Source: a virus
Strand: one strand, 5' to 3'
Virus record (IMG/VR): IMGVR_UViG_3300027793_000055
Span: 1 to 64,000 of that record
DNA: 64,000 bases
Shown here: one piece after another, positions 17,409 through 27,837 of the stretch
Numbering within the stretch: the stretch's first letter is position 1
Layout of the letters: the number at the start of each line of letters is the position of its first letter
Position numbers and translations under genes: made by a program
The notes under the pieces: generated by a model
What the model was told of the DNA's origin: nothing
Database searches by the model: none
The model's input: the letters and a program-made list of their open reading frames with translations, nothing else

Positions 17409-18247
17409 GTATCGGTATTTACATTTTGTATAAAATGTGTATTAGCTTCAACGTATACGTAATTTTCTTTCCACTCATTTGCGTATACACCAAAGCCGCC
17501 ATCTAAATCATCGGCCAATTTCTCTCTTACTTGATTTTTAATTTTAGTAAGAAGTTTGCCATCTTTTTCTAGAACAGCTTTGCTTATTGAAAAATAATAA
17601 AATTTATTTGTTGTGTTTGTTAGATTGTAAAATAGTGTCTCTTTGCCAGAAGCCGGATCTGACAGACCAATTGTGCTGATCCTAGTTATAGCAGACTCTT
17701 CCTGATCTGTCAAGATCACCGGTTCTGAATTTTTACAGACATTAATCATATGCATTGTCGATGCAATCAGTGAATTAATTTTTTTATGATACATCGAAAT
17801 TGGCGTATCTCCAATTATATTTTCCATCAATACATTATCTACAACATATAGACGGTTAAATAATCCAGAACGTGCATACTCCTGAAAAACATTGAATGTT
17901 ATTTTTTCTTGCAGAAACTTTTTTTGTGAGAGCAAACTAAGATCTGGTCTTATATAAAGCACAGTTATTTGACATTTTTTTAACTGTTCTAAAATAGAAA
18001 GTGATGCACCGGTAATATCACCACCACCAACCATTATAAAAAGCAATTCATCTTCTATAGAAGTAAAAAATGACTTAAGATTTGGGCATTTTTCTTCATA
18101 TATCTCTGGTGATTTATATTTAGGCAATTGCCAGTTTTTATCACTCTTTTCTAGATCTGTACCTATTTTATAAATATCATATTGTGGATATTGCTGAAAC
18201 TCTTCAGCTATTCTTATGCCACCATTTCCCAATCCGAGTACGAACAT
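17405..18247 (-). CDS. Divergent tubulin/FtsZ-like GTPase (PhuZ/TubZ-like)
   Basis: N-terminal VLGLGNGG, GGGDITGAS signature variant, TVLYIRP, YVVDN. Confidence 0.7.
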   Translation of the reverse strand: MFVLGLGNGGIRIAEEFQQYPQYDIYKIGTDLEKSDKNWQLPKYKSPEIYEEKCPNLKSFFTSIEDELLFIMVGGGDITGASLSILEQLKKCQITVLYIRPDLSLLSQKKFLQEKITFNVFQEYARSGLFNRLYVVDNVLMENIIGDTPISMYHKKINSLIASTMHMINVCKNSEPVILTDQEESAITRISTIGLSDPASGKETLFYNLTNTTNKFYYFSISKAVLEKDGKLLTKIKNQVREKLADDLDGGFGVYANEWKENYVYVEANTHFIQNVNTDT

Positions 18248-18258
18248 TTATAAATCCT

Positions 18259-19431
18259 TTAGCTAATCTTGAGCATGCTTCCGAAATCTTGTCCGCGAGA
18301 TAAGTTAACAGGGAAAACAGCAAGATCGTTGCTAGCAAATATGCTATATATATCTCTAATGACTTCTGATTCATCATTGGTAACATCCAAAAATACGGCA
18401 TCATGAATGATAAAGCTAACAAAACTTTTCCTTTTATCTAAATATGCATCAATTTTTAAAACTTGTCTTAAAACAAGATCTGCAGTTGTAGATTGTACTA
18501 AATAATTTAATGCGTGAAAAGGATCTGCTTCTATTTTTCTACCATATGGATTCTGGATATACTTTCCATCATAGTATTTATCCAGCACCGATTTGATATC
18601 AAAAAGTTCTGAGAATCTATCATATTCCGGTTTTCTAGAACCATAGAGCCAAGCAAATAATCCCTTCTTTGCTTCATCTCTTGTGATATTTAGTTTTTTA
18701 GAATTCCATTCATGAATGTCTTCTTTTGGCTGATCTTTACCGCTCAGAGCTAGAAGAGTTCTTGCTTCTGCAGCATTATAATCTAATTCAATAAAATGAT
18801 CATTTGTTGGTTTGACAATTGATCTATAGTCACTATTCATGGTTAAAATAGGAAAACTATTTGGTTGTGTTGTTAATCTACCAGTTTTAGTACCAAACTG
18901 ATTGTAACTAATACTCTTAGTATGATCTTTGATCGATCTAATAAATTCTTTTTTCTTTAAGATCTTATTTGTATTTAATTTTAGATCTAAATTAAGATCT
19001 CTAGATCTGATTTTAGCGATCAGTTTTTCGAGTGTTAAGTAGAAAAAATAGTTTTCTGGTTTTTTATAGTTTTCAAAAACGGTGTCGACGATCTGTGACT
19101 TAATTTCGCAATATTCTAGTAAAAAATGTTCCGGAACTAAATCAAAAAAACAGTTATCGTTTAAATCGATTTTTGATTCAACAAATGACCGATAAAAGGC
19201 ATCAAGTTTTTTATTCTGTATCGTTAGTTTATTCTTAAGATGCTCTGGACAGATCTGTTCAATCGATTTGCCCTCTGCCCATAAATGTCCAAATAAAACA
19301 TTTCCGTCATCAAAGGACGGATTATATTTCCAAGTTTTGTCTAAGTTTGTTGGAAATCTATTGTAATAGATTTTACCATTGGTATAAATTCCTTTACACC
19401 AATCTTTGTCATCTAAAGTGATAAAAGACAT
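18259..19431 (-). CDS. Compact family-A DNA polymerase (polymerase domain only)
   Basis: TKTGRL, motif A LDYNAAEAR, motif B RDEAKKGLFAWLYG, NYLVQSTTAD, motif C IIHDA. Confidence 0.85.
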   Translation of the reverse strand: MSFITLDDKDWCKGIYTNGKIYYNRFPTNLDKTWKYNPSFDDGNVLFGHLWAEGKSIEQICPEHLKNKLTIQNKKLDAFYRSFVESKIDLNDNCFFDLVPEHFLLEYCEIKSQIVDTVFENYKKPENYFFYLTLEKLIAKIRSRDLNLDLKLNTNKILKKKEFIRSIKDHTKSISYNQFGTKTGRLTTQPNSFPILTMNSDYRSIVKPTNDHFIELDYNAAEARTLLALSGKDQPKEDIHEWNSKKLNITRDEAKKGLFAWLYGSRKPEYDRFSELFDIKSVLDKYYDGKYIQNPYGRKIEADPFHALNYLVQSTTADLVLRQVLKIDAYLDKRKSFVSFIIHDAVFLDVTNDESEVIRDIYSIFASNDLAVFPVNLSRGQDFGSMLKIS

Positions 19432-19432
19432 T

Positions 19433-20662
19433 CTAGATCCAATTTAAATTAAAATTTCTATTTTTTTTGCTAGCGGCCGATGGACGGCTAGTGATCGGTC
19501 TAATATACCTTAGTGCAGCATCCGTGTCAAGCCTTTCCTTGAGCATAATAAACGTTTTTTCTATATTACGGAAAGTGCTTTGATCCCAATTTAAATTATT
19601 TTCTCTTCCCTTGAGAAAAACATATGTTGATAAAATTACTCGATCAAATTCTTTATTATCAATCAATTCATTTAAGTCTAAGAATAATATATTAATTGGC
19701 GTATGTTTAATGACAGTTATATCACCACAAATATTAAATTCAGGCTTATTTTTATTGCTATTTGAAGAAACATATGTATTATAAAACTGAACCATATATG
19801 TTTTCAATAGGACTAGATCGTAGCTATCAGCTGTTATAAAGTTGGTTTTATAAAAAGAGTCTTGATTTATATTATATTTTTGCATATATGGCATCATAGC
19901 CGGTGAATCAATATCTGCCCACAGTCTCCACGGAATTTGTTTATCTACAAAAAACCCAAATTTAGTAGCTGTTTTTTTAAAAATTGCGAAGTTTGGATCT
20001 TGTAAAAAAGTGTTATATTTTTTTTCATCATCGCCCGGATCTGAACTGTTAACATCGAAGCACAAACCGGTTATAAGTGGATCCGCCAGTCTGGAAACTA
20101 TAAAACTAGAATACAGAAATGGCACAAATGGCATTAATCCATCTAGAAATGCCAAGAACTGTTTTGTAAATTGATTAAAATCGGTTATAATAATATTATT
20201 TTTAGTTATATCATCAGCAAATTGTTTATAAATTTCATTTAGATAATAAAAATATAATCTACCACTGTTAACGTCATTGTTTTTGATTTTAATATCTTGA
20301 AAAACTCCACCAGCTTTTAACTTATTAATTTTTTTTAAATAATCCCAATAAGAAATTAATTCTTTATAGGCATCGTGCACAAAATTATGTAATACTATTT
20401 GTTTTGGTCCAAGAGAAACTATTTTTGTTTGTGATTCACTTATTATAACCGGTATATTATTTAAGTCTACACGGCCATAATGTTGCTTTTCATATAATAT
20501 GTTGATTGGTTTATTTTCTGTTACTAATGGTTGTGCAAAAGCTTTAATTTCATAAAGCTTTTCCTGATAAAAAGCACTAAGTGCGGTTGAAGAATTATTA
20601 CCGGTTGGATTAGAAGTCGTTACCAGAAAATTATCTTTTTTGTTGATATCAATTTTTTTCAT
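19433..20662 (-). CDS. Hypothetical protein (possibly baseplate-associated)
   Basis: 409-aa ORF at the end of the baseplate operon. Confidence 0.6.
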   Translation of the reverse strand: MKKIDINKKDNFLVTTSNPTGNNSSTALSAFYQEKLYEIKAFAQPLVTENKPINILYEKQHYGRVDLNNIPVIISESQTKIVSLGPKQIVLHNFVHDAYKELISYWDYLKKINKLKAGGVFQDIKIKNNDVNSGRLYFYYLNEIYKQFADDITKNNIIITDFNQFTKQFLAFLDGLMPFVPFLYSSFIVSRLADPLITGLCFDVNSSDPGDDEKKYNTFLQDPNFAIFKKTATKFGFFVDKQIPWRLWADIDSPAMMPYMQKYNINQDSFYKTNFITADSYDLVLLKTYMVQFYNTYVSSNSNKNKPEFNICGDITVIKHTPINILFLDLNELIDNKEFDRVILSTYVFLKGRENNLNWDQSTFRNIEKTFIMLKERLDTDAALRYIRPITSRPSAASKKNRNFNLNWI

Positions 20663-23427
20663 CGCACTATACCCAAGCTTGTTTGAGTGTTAGCAGGTAC
20701 CGGTGCTAACTCTAACTCTCCATCATTGATTGTACCATCTGCAAATGCTGACCATACGCCGCGTAATTCTGTTTTAAATGAACCGATTTCAATTGAGTTA
20801 TTGATCTCAGTTATTAAATAATAACCGCCTAAACCAATTTCTTTTAGTAGTTTACTTGTTTCATATTTCTGACTACCTACATTTGTCATCGATGAACCAC
20901 CATTATATGGTAAAAGAAACATATATGTACCAACCTGAATACTAGTATTGCCAAATAGCTCAAGACTTACGTTATATTTTTCGCGAATTATCTTAGATAC
21001 ACCTTTGCCTTCGGAAGATGCGGCTAATATGTTATCTGCTCTCCTATTTGGATTATCAACTCTAGAAAATTTAAGATTAGTTATTGTACTCTTGCTTTCT
21101 CCAGGATAGAAATGTAATATACCATTTTTCTTATCTTCTTCATAATCACCAATTCTTTCATATGGTGAATCGTTAATACAATAAAAAACTAAATAATCTC
21201 TTGGTTTTGCAAAACGTGGCGACTCTTCTGGTAATTGATCTAATTCTGCATCTTCACCTTTTGTTTTTAAAGTCTTTAGGGCATCTAGAGATAATCTAAA
21301 ACCACCGCCTGCTAGTTTGAATTTTTTATATTTATATCCTTTTTCCCATTCATAGCCATTAATATTTTTTAAAAAAGCTCTTTCGTTATGTTCACTAGTT
21401 ATAGAAGTAAACAAATCAGATCTTATTTTTGCTTTTTGTTTTGGTACACCCAAATAAACCTGGTTATTAAGTGAAGCCATAACAAGATCATTTAAGATAA
21501 GTGAAATAAAATCATTTATTGTCATATTTTCAATATTTTTATTGACAATGTGTTCATTAAACCATCTCTGAAATTCTTTGAGAGATATTGGAATATCGCC
21601 GATGTTTATTGATTTTGTTTTTCCGTTGTATATTCTTACATATTTTTGACCGGTACCGGTATCTGATTCTGTTTTTTCTGTTAATCGATATGTTTGTCCA
21701 CTATCTTCTAGAGAGCCATAATCAATAATAGACATAGGACCAAGTAATATTCTTAGTTTTTTGTTAATAAAGTTAGGATTATTATTGTTTTCATTTAATA
21801 TTGCTTCTATAGCTGTATCAATAAGCGAACTTAGATAAAAAAATGCAAATCCATTTCTATTCTTTTTATCAACTTGACCGTCTCTGATAAAATCATCGGT
21901 TTCTATTAAATTAAATAAATTATCTGATTGTTTGAAGATTTCACTTTCTTGCTCTTCATCTGTTCCAATATTAACTAATTGATCTATATCGCTTTTAAAG
22001 CGAGAACTATCACCTAAAACAGATGTTGCTTCTTTTGCAGCATCTGTTATTGCAAAATTATTTACGGTACCAGTAGAGCCGGCTTTTTGTATTGCTTGTT
22101 TTTCTTTTTGAGAAGATATAAAATCTTGTATATCTTTCTCGTTTCCAGAATTATACAATTCTCTGGATGGTCTTAACTTCGAAAGAATGTCGATAAATTC
22201 TTTTTTATATGTAAATAAATGTAATTGCTTTTTTTGTGCAAGTCTTGTTATAAAATAGCTATATTTTAATTTTCTAGATGATGATATAAGTGTCTGTAAT
22301 TTTTCTTCTAATTTTTTAATCTGTTCAGAATTGGCTTGAAGACCATCTTTGGCAGTTGTATCGATACCAAAAAACTTAGTTACTCCCCACTGATCTTGCT
22401 GTTGTTTTTGATCTTCAATCTGTAATCGTTCGGTTTGTTGATTAAGGTTCCGTATTTCTTGTCTAATTGTTTTAATTACAATTTCATAATTTGTACCAAG
22501 TGTTAGTACATTGGCATTCTGAATATCTGATATTGTATTATCTGCTCTACCGATGAAATCGATTTGAAGTTGTACGCCGCCGGTATCTTCAAAATCAATT
22601 GTGTGGCTGACAAAGTTTAAATATAGAACTTCTTTTTGGTTCTTTAATGCTTTCAAGAATTTTTCTGTATCTTCTCTTGGATTATTATCTTTAATACTTT
22701 GTAATCCTTCTTCGCTAATACTCCAGCCAACTATGGCTTTAATAACATAATCTTCTGGATTATATGTACCGGTACCTTGATTTGTTTGCTGACGCCAATC
22801 CTTTTTTTGATATAACAAATCTTGAATTGAAGCAGCTAAAATTTCATTACCAAACATAACAGAATTTCTTTCTCTAAAGAATTCCTGAATATTTTGCATA
22901 TAGATATTCATAGATACTTTAAACGTTGGTGTAGCGGCTTCATTTTTTGGGTTTTGTTTCCAGTTAAATGAGGTAATACCTGCACCGGTGCCTCTACCTT
23001 CGCTTGACTTAAAAATATCATCTATACCAATCTGTTTGGTATCGAATGGTAATTCTAGAACAATCTCTTTGCCATCTGACGGATTTCGAAATACTTTAAA
23101 TATTCTGACTAATGGTACTAGACTAGATAATTCAAAAGTTGTCAGTCTCAACAGAATATCATTATCTTCAATATCTGTTTTAAGGATGTTCATAAAAGTA
23201 GTTGGCCGGTTTGTATCAATAAGGCAGATATTCGGTAATTTTGAACTAGTATTACCCAAAGCATTAGTTTTTAAAGATGCAATATCTTCTGAATTTTGTG
23301 CAAGATTGGTATTTTCTATACCAATCTCACTTCTATTGTGAGTTAGTTCAAATATATTATGTAATAATATACCTTGCTCATCAAGAACTATCGGTTCTAA
23401 GCTACCAGATTCAGCCATATCAAACAC
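20659..23427 (-). CDS. Putative baseplate hub protein (gp27/gpD-like)
   Basis: Position after the LysM-like gene; C-terminal LELFGN..IQVG..GGYYLITEINNSI..FKTELRG. Confidence 0.6.
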   Translation of the reverse strand: MFDMAESGSLEPIVLDEQGILLHNIFELTHNRSEIGIENTNLAQNSEDIASLKTNALGNTSSKLPNICLIDTNRPTTFMNILKTDIEDNDILLRLTTFELSSLVPLVRIFKVFRNPSDGKEIVLELPFDTKQIGIDDIFKSSEGRGTGAGITSFNWKQNPKNEAATPTFKVSMNIYMQNIQEFFRERNSVMFGNEILAASIQDLLYQKKDWRQQTNQGTGTYNPEDYVIKAIVGWSISEEGLQSIKDNNPREDTEKFLKALKNQKEVLYLNFVSHTIDFEDTGGVQLQIDFIGRADNTISDIQNANVLTLGTNYEIVIKTIRQEIRNLNQQTERLQIEDQKQQQDQWGVTKFFGIDTTAKDGLQANSEQIKKLEEKLQTLISSSRKLKYSYFITRLAQKKQLHLFTYKKEFIDILSKLRPSRELYNSGNEKDIQDFISSQKEKQAIQKAGSTGTVNNFAITDAAKEATSVLGDSSRFKSDIDQLVNIGTDEEQESEIFKQSDNLFNLIETDDFIRDGQVDKKNRNGFAFFYLSSLIDTAIEAILNENNNNPNFINKKLRILLGPMSIIDYGSLEDSGQTYRLTEKTESDTGTGQKYVRIYNGKTKSINIGDIPISLKEFQRWFNEHIVNKNIENMTINDFISLILNDLVMASLNNQVYLGVPKQKAKIRSDLFTSITSEHNERAFLKNINGYEWEKGYKYKKFKLAGGGFRLSLDALKTLKTKGEDAELDQLPEESPRFAKPRDYLVFYCINDSPYERIGDYEEDKKNGILHFYPGESKSTITNLKFSRVDNPNRRADNILAASSEGKGVSKIIREKYNVSLELFGNTSIQVGTYMFLLPYNGGSSMTNVGSQKYETSKLLKEIGLGGYYLITEINNSIEIGSFKTELRGVWSAFADGTINDGELELAPVPANTQTSLGIVR

Positions 23428-23761
23428 CTATTATTTGTAAAATCTTATCTAAAGGTTTTGGTATAAAAACCTGATCGCCTATTCTAAAATGAGCTTCTGT
23501 TGGTTTTTTATTAAACCAAGCTATTATCCACCATAATTGACTATCATTATAATGTTCATATGATAATTTAAATAATCTATCGCCGGCTTTCCAGGTATGT
23601 GATACAAATTGTATATTTGAGAATGTTTCTATATCATTCGTACCAAAAACCGGTGTTGTATACTGATTAATATAGGAAACATCTCTAGCATCAAAATGTT
23701 CTCTAAACATTTCAAGATTATTTTTAAATTTCTCTCTATTCCTGTATCTTGAGTATGTCAT
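23420..23761 (-). CDS. LysM-like baseplate wedge protein (gp53/gpX-like)
   Basis: HTWKAGDRL..LSYEHY....LWWIIAWFN..GDQVFIP. Confidence 0.8.
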   Translation of the reverse strand: MTYSRYRNREKFKNNLEMFREHFDARDVSYINQYTTPVFGTNDIETFSNIQFVSHTWKAGDRLFKLSYEHYNDSQLWWIIAWFNKKPTEAHFRIGDQVFIPKPLDKILQIIGV

Positions 23762-24663
23762 TTTTTCTTCCTATAATAAAAGGTATCTGTTTTATATGGA
23801 AATATTGGGTAGGTAGCAAAACCTTCTTCTTTTCCGGGAATAGCAATAGGCTGACCAAATAGATGAGTTTCTAATTCTTGTCCACTTCCTATGACATTTT
23901 TTGTCCATCCAAGTTCTTGTGTATGAACAACAGAGATATTCAAACTAACTGTAAACAGTTTTGGAACAAGATTATTGTTTATAAAATGAAAACCCTGTTC
24001 TAGATCTGGCTTAAAACTTACTTCACTTACTATTCCAACTAATGCGTCTGAACCGTAAAAATCTCTTTCTCCGGTTGCATGTCCAATGTCTTCTGAAACC
24101 CAATTCATAAATTTAATATATAAAAGTGGAGGAGAAGTAATAAAGCGTCCTTGAGGATTACTTACAGAATTTTGACTATTTGTTCTAGATGGCTGTAATA
24201 TTGTTTTAGTAATAGTAAAATTGGGTGTTGTTTCTGTAGTAACAATAGGTTGTGCTTGAGTAGAAGTAGTACTACTGATATTTTTTAAATCAGTTGTTTC
24301 ATAAACAGGATATTGCATCATAATCAATTTTTGTAATTGAATAAAATTAAATTGAGACTCATCTTCTGAATGGGATGGTACATCAAAAGCTATACTTATT
24401 TGCCGCTGTGTATTTTTATAGGTTTGGATAGGATCCATACGACCCATAGTTTCTTTTGGATTCCAATTTGTTTTAAAGCTATCATTAAAATCAGTTAAAA
24501 ATGCTTTAAAAGTTGCTTGACTACCGTTATCTATACCGGCATCGACAGATTTACGAAAAGTTGCAATATGATAAAATTGAATTATGGCACCATTTTTTTC
24601 TGATGCTGCACCGAATTCACTATTTTGTCCTGCCATATTGTCAGTTACATCAAAAAAAGCCAT
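23758..24663 (-). CDS. Tail tube initiator / baseplate tube cap (gp48/gp54-like)
   Basis: F..FLTDF.D...WN....GRMDPI.TY..TQRQISI.F; follows the tape measure gene. Confidence 0.65.
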   Translation of the reverse strand: MAFFDVTDNMAGQNSEFGAASEKNGAIIQFYHIATFRKSVDAGIDNGSQATFKAFLTDFNDSFKTNWNPKETMGRMDPIQTYKNTQRQISIAFDVPSHSEDESQFNFIQLQKLIMMQYPVYETTDLKNISSTTSTQAQPIVTTETTPNFTITKTILQPSRTNSQNSVSNPQGRFITSPPLLYIKFMNWVSEDIGHATGERDFYGSDALVGIVSEVSFKPDLEQGFHFINNNLVPKLFTVSLNISVVHTQELGWTKNVIGSGQELETHLFGQPIAIPGKEEGFATYPIFPYKTDTFYYRKKK

Positions 24664-24675
24664 ATTTACCTCTTA

Positions 24676-27210
24676 TCAACTATTTGTTGTAAATCCATTA
24701 ACAGTAGATGTGGAACCAAAAGTATTTGACATTTCGTTACGATTCTGTTTTAATTGAACTACCTTACTAACTATTTTCTTATCTAGAACTTTACCATCTA
24801 GAGTTACAGGCATTTCAATTGTTATATTCGCTGTCATAGTTGATTCACCAGCTGCAGAAGCCTTTGTAGTGACAGTTGCCGGCATACCAGCAGTCAAGTT
24901 GGTAGATGGTGCTGTTGCTGCAGCAGCGGCCATTATAGGCATCATAAGAGGGTTCATTAAGGCTATGGACATAGCAGCTGAAGAAGCAGCTACTCTTTCC
25001 ATATATTCTGCCATCTGTTTCATCACATTTCTTATGCTTTCTAATTTAGTAATTTCAAAATTGGTAATAGCATCAAAGCCTTCTTTGGCCATTGCCATAC
25101 CTTGACCAACCATCAAGAATGAAGCGCCAAATGCCAAAGCAGCAAGACTTAGTGCTGCCAAGACACCAAGACCAATTGCACCAATTGTACCTAATTGAGC
25201 TAAAGCAAAAGCTAAACCAACTAATGAAATAGCAAGAATTCCAAATGCTAAGGCTGCAGTTAAAGATGATGCACCGGCATCTATTAAAGTTTTAATAAAT
25301 GGAGTTAGTGCTTCTAGGACCATCTTAAATGCATATGCAAGACCCATAATTATAAGAGTAATTGCACCGGCTACCAATACACCAGCAAGCACTTGTGGTG
25401 CAGCTAAACTCTTAACAGCGTTTCCAAGTGCTTTAAAGCCTTCTCCAACTGCAGTAAATAGAGTTTTAATACCACTACCAACACTTTGTGCCAAATTTTT
25501 TACAAAGCCTCCAATTGATTTTGAAGAATTTTTTAAAGTTTCTGATGCTTTTTCTACTGCACCAGATATTGTATCTCCAAGATTCCCGACAGCATTCTTA
25601 GCAGCACCAAAGATATTAGGAGTATCTTTTAATAATTTCCATAACATCCCCACTGTACCAACAAAAGTTCCAAAGAAGCCAAGTACGGCAGTCACACCGG
25701 CAACCAATACTGCCAAAGCAGCTGCAAACATAAGTGCCCATCTTATTGGAGCAAATTGAACAATCTGAGTAAGTATATCAACAACAAATCCTAAGCCTTT
25801 TGCTAGAATCATAACTGCTGGACTTATAGCATTAAATAATGATTTTAATTTTTCACCTAATGGCACAAATGCTGCAACAGTTTCGTTAAAAGTTTTTTCA
25901 GCATCAGCTGCAGCTTTTGCTTCAGCACCGGTTTTTTGGAAAAAGCCAGCTGCAGTATCCATATCAGTACCTAAAATATCAGCAAACAATCTTCTTTGCT
26001 GACCACTTAATTGTTCAAAACTCTTACCAGTTGACTGTAAGGCACCACGCAACATTTCTGTTGCTTTTATTGGATCATCACTAGCTGCTCTTAAAAGTTC
26101 AAGTGAATCAATATAGTTTCCACCAAGAATAGAATTTAATTCACCAGCTGCTTCTGCCGCACCTTCAAAAGTAGTAAACTTTTCAGTGATACCAAGTAGT
26201 TTATCCATCTCGGTACCCATCTGTTTTGCCTGAAATGCTAAGTCCTTAAAGATTCTTGGTGCTTCTTTACCAAAAGCAGCCAATCGTGGCATAACAGAAG
26301 CTAGGCCATCATTAATGGCTTTTGTGCTAATGCTATTTGCTTTAGCAAATGCAAACAACTCTTTTTGGTATTTCATTACCTGAGTTGCGCCCATTCCCAT
26401 ACTTTTTGAAGCAACATTTAAAAATTTAGCTGTTGCTTGAGAAGAGATACCAGCCTTTTCCATTTTGGCTGTAAATTCAGTTAAATCCTGTTGAGTTTGT
26501 ACGCTTAAACTACTGAATTGTGAAAACTCTGTAAACAGATCACCAATTGCTGCCGCTGCATTTTCTGCACTAATGCCAAATCTTATATTTGTAGCACTAA
26601 CACTAGCCAACATAGAATCAAACTGACCAGTTGTATTTGTCAGCTTATTTAAATTTGCTGAAACAGAATTTAAGTTTTCTGCCATAGCAAAAATGACCAT
26701 ACCGGCTTCTTGAGCACGTGCTGTCAAAGTTGCAAATATATCTGCAGAACTAAGCTTTTGTGTTTCAGCCCAAATCTCAGTTAATTTAATTCTTCTTTGT
26801 TCTTCTGCTTTTACAAGACCAAGAACATTTTGTTTGATTCTATTTTGATGTGATTCCTCTTTTTCAAGAAGTTTAATTCTATTTTGTTGATTTTTGATAT
26901 TTTCTGTGGCATCTTTTTTTGCCTGTTCTAGAGAAACTTCAATTTCTTTTAATTTTTTTAACTCTTCATCCTTTAATCCATTTTTTTGCTGTGCTTGTAA
27001 TAACTCAAGCCTCTGTATCTCAAGAGTTTTTATTTTAATTGCTTCTTCTGCTTTTAATTTTTCAAGCAGTTTTTCAGCTTCTTCTATTGAACCAGCAATA
27101 ATCTCTTTTGTTTCTGTTTCAAGATCTTTTAATTTACCTTGAAGCTCTATTGCTTCGGCTTTATATTTTACTATTAGTTCTTGTTCTGCAGAGGTTGTTT
27201 CATTAGCCAT
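24676..27210 (-). CDS. Tape measure protein
   Basis: 844 aa; N-terminal coiled coil, Ala/Gly-rich amphipathic and hydrophobic segments; position after the chaperones. Confidence 0.85.
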   Translation of the reverse strand: MANETTSAEQELIVKYKAEAIELQGKLKDLETETKEIIAGSIEEAEKLLEKLKAEEAIKIKTLEIQRLELLQAQQKNGLKDEELKKLKEIEVSLEQAKKDATENIKNQQNRIKLLEKEESHQNRIKQNVLGLVKAEEQRRIKLTEIWAETQKLSSADIFATLTARAQEAGMVIFAMAENLNSVSANLNKLTNTTGQFDSMLASVSATNIRFGISAENAAAAIGDLFTEFSQFSSLSVQTQQDLTEFTAKMEKAGISSQATAKFLNVASKSMGMGATQVMKYQKELFAFAKANSISTKAINDGLASVMPRLAAFGKEAPRIFKDLAFQAKQMGTEMDKLLGITEKFTTFEGAAEAAGELNSILGGNYIDSLELLRAASDDPIKATEMLRGALQSTGKSFEQLSGQQRRLFADILGTDMDTAAGFFQKTGAEAKAAADAEKTFNETVAAFVPLGEKLKSLFNAISPAVMILAKGLGFVVDILTQIVQFAPIRWALMFAAALAVLVAGVTAVLGFFGTFVGTVGMLWKLLKDTPNIFGAAKNAVGNLGDTISGAVEKASETLKNSSKSIGGFVKNLAQSVGSGIKTLFTAVGEGFKALGNAVKSLAAPQVLAGVLVAGAITLIIMGLAYAFKMVLEALTPFIKTLIDAGASSLTAALAFGILAISLVGLAFALAQLGTIGAIGLGVLAALSLAALAFGASFLMVGQGMAMAKEGFDAITNFEITKLESIRNVMKQMAEYMERVAASSAAMSIALMNPLMMPIMAAAAATAPSTNLTAGMPATVTTKASAAGESTMTANITIEMPVTLDGKVLDKKIVSKVVQLKQNRNEMSNTFGSTSTVNGFTTNS

Positions 27211-27220
27211 AATTTAAATC

Positions 27221-27547
27221 CTATTTAAATGGCCATTTTAAGCCGGTTATTCTTTCAAAAGATGCAGTAGCTTTATCTAATTCTGCTTTTGAACGATAAG
27301 TTTGTGGATTATCTAATCCAAGAGCATAGAATGTTTCCATATATTTTTTTTCATATGATAAGGCATTCTTTAAAACATCAATCTGTTGTTGTGTGCCACG
27401 AATTACAATTGGTGGTGTTGGTATGCCAAACATTCTCTGCATTAGTGATTTTATAAGACCACCAAATATTCGTAAATAACTTTCATTAAGTTCTTTATTG
27501 TTTTTAACATTTAAATCTAAAACAAGTGGCACAATTTTATCTGACAT
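27221..27547 (-). CDS. Conserved hypothetical protein (late gene)
   Basis: 108-aa ORF with GAGG RBS and an ACTACTTA motif upstream. Confidence 0.7.
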   Translation of the reverse strand: MSDKIVPLVLDLNVKNNKELNESYLRIFGGLIKSLMQRMFGIPTPPIVIRGTQQQIDVLKNALSYEKKYMETFYALGLDNPQTYRSKAELDKATASFERITGLKWPFK

Positions 27548-27580
27548 AACTATACCTCGGCATAATAAGTAGTTTTATAT

Positions 27581-27610
27581 AAAAATATAGGGCCGATGAA
27601 GCCCTATATT
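27581..27610 (-). terminator. Intrinsic terminator
   Basis: aatatagggc...gccctatatt stem with a T tract on the minus strand. Confidence 0.7.
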
Positions 27611-27837
27611 TATCTTTTCTTTGATGCGTTTTCTATTGCTTCTTTTTCTTCTTGTTTTTGTTTAACAAGACGCTTAAGAAACCAGGTTCTTATTTTAACA
27701 GGAAGATTATAAGCTTCTGTAAAACTCCAACCACCGTGATATTTTAATAAGAAAAACTGTTCGTAAACATTCTCTATATATTCATCACTTAGGCCAAAAA
27801 AAGTCCACAGTAAAGGGCACCTCCATTTCCTGTTCAA
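27610..27837 (-). CDS. Tail assembly chaperone extension (gp51/GT-like), probably expressed by frameshift
   Basis: No ATG or RBS; overlaps the end of the upstream gene at a T7 run; FFLLKYHGGWSFTEAYNLPV..R.WF. Confidence 0.65.
   Translation of the reverse strand: MNRKWRCPLLWTFFGLSDEYIENVYEQFFLLKYHGGWSFTEAYNLPVKIRTWFLKRLVKQKQEEKEAIENASKKR

Noticed and set aside
17405-18247. Nucleus-forming (chimallin) jumbo phage inferred from the tubulin gene
   Set aside because: No chimallin or multisubunit RNA polymerase genes are in this window, and the structural genes are T4-like; tubulin alone is insufficient evidence.
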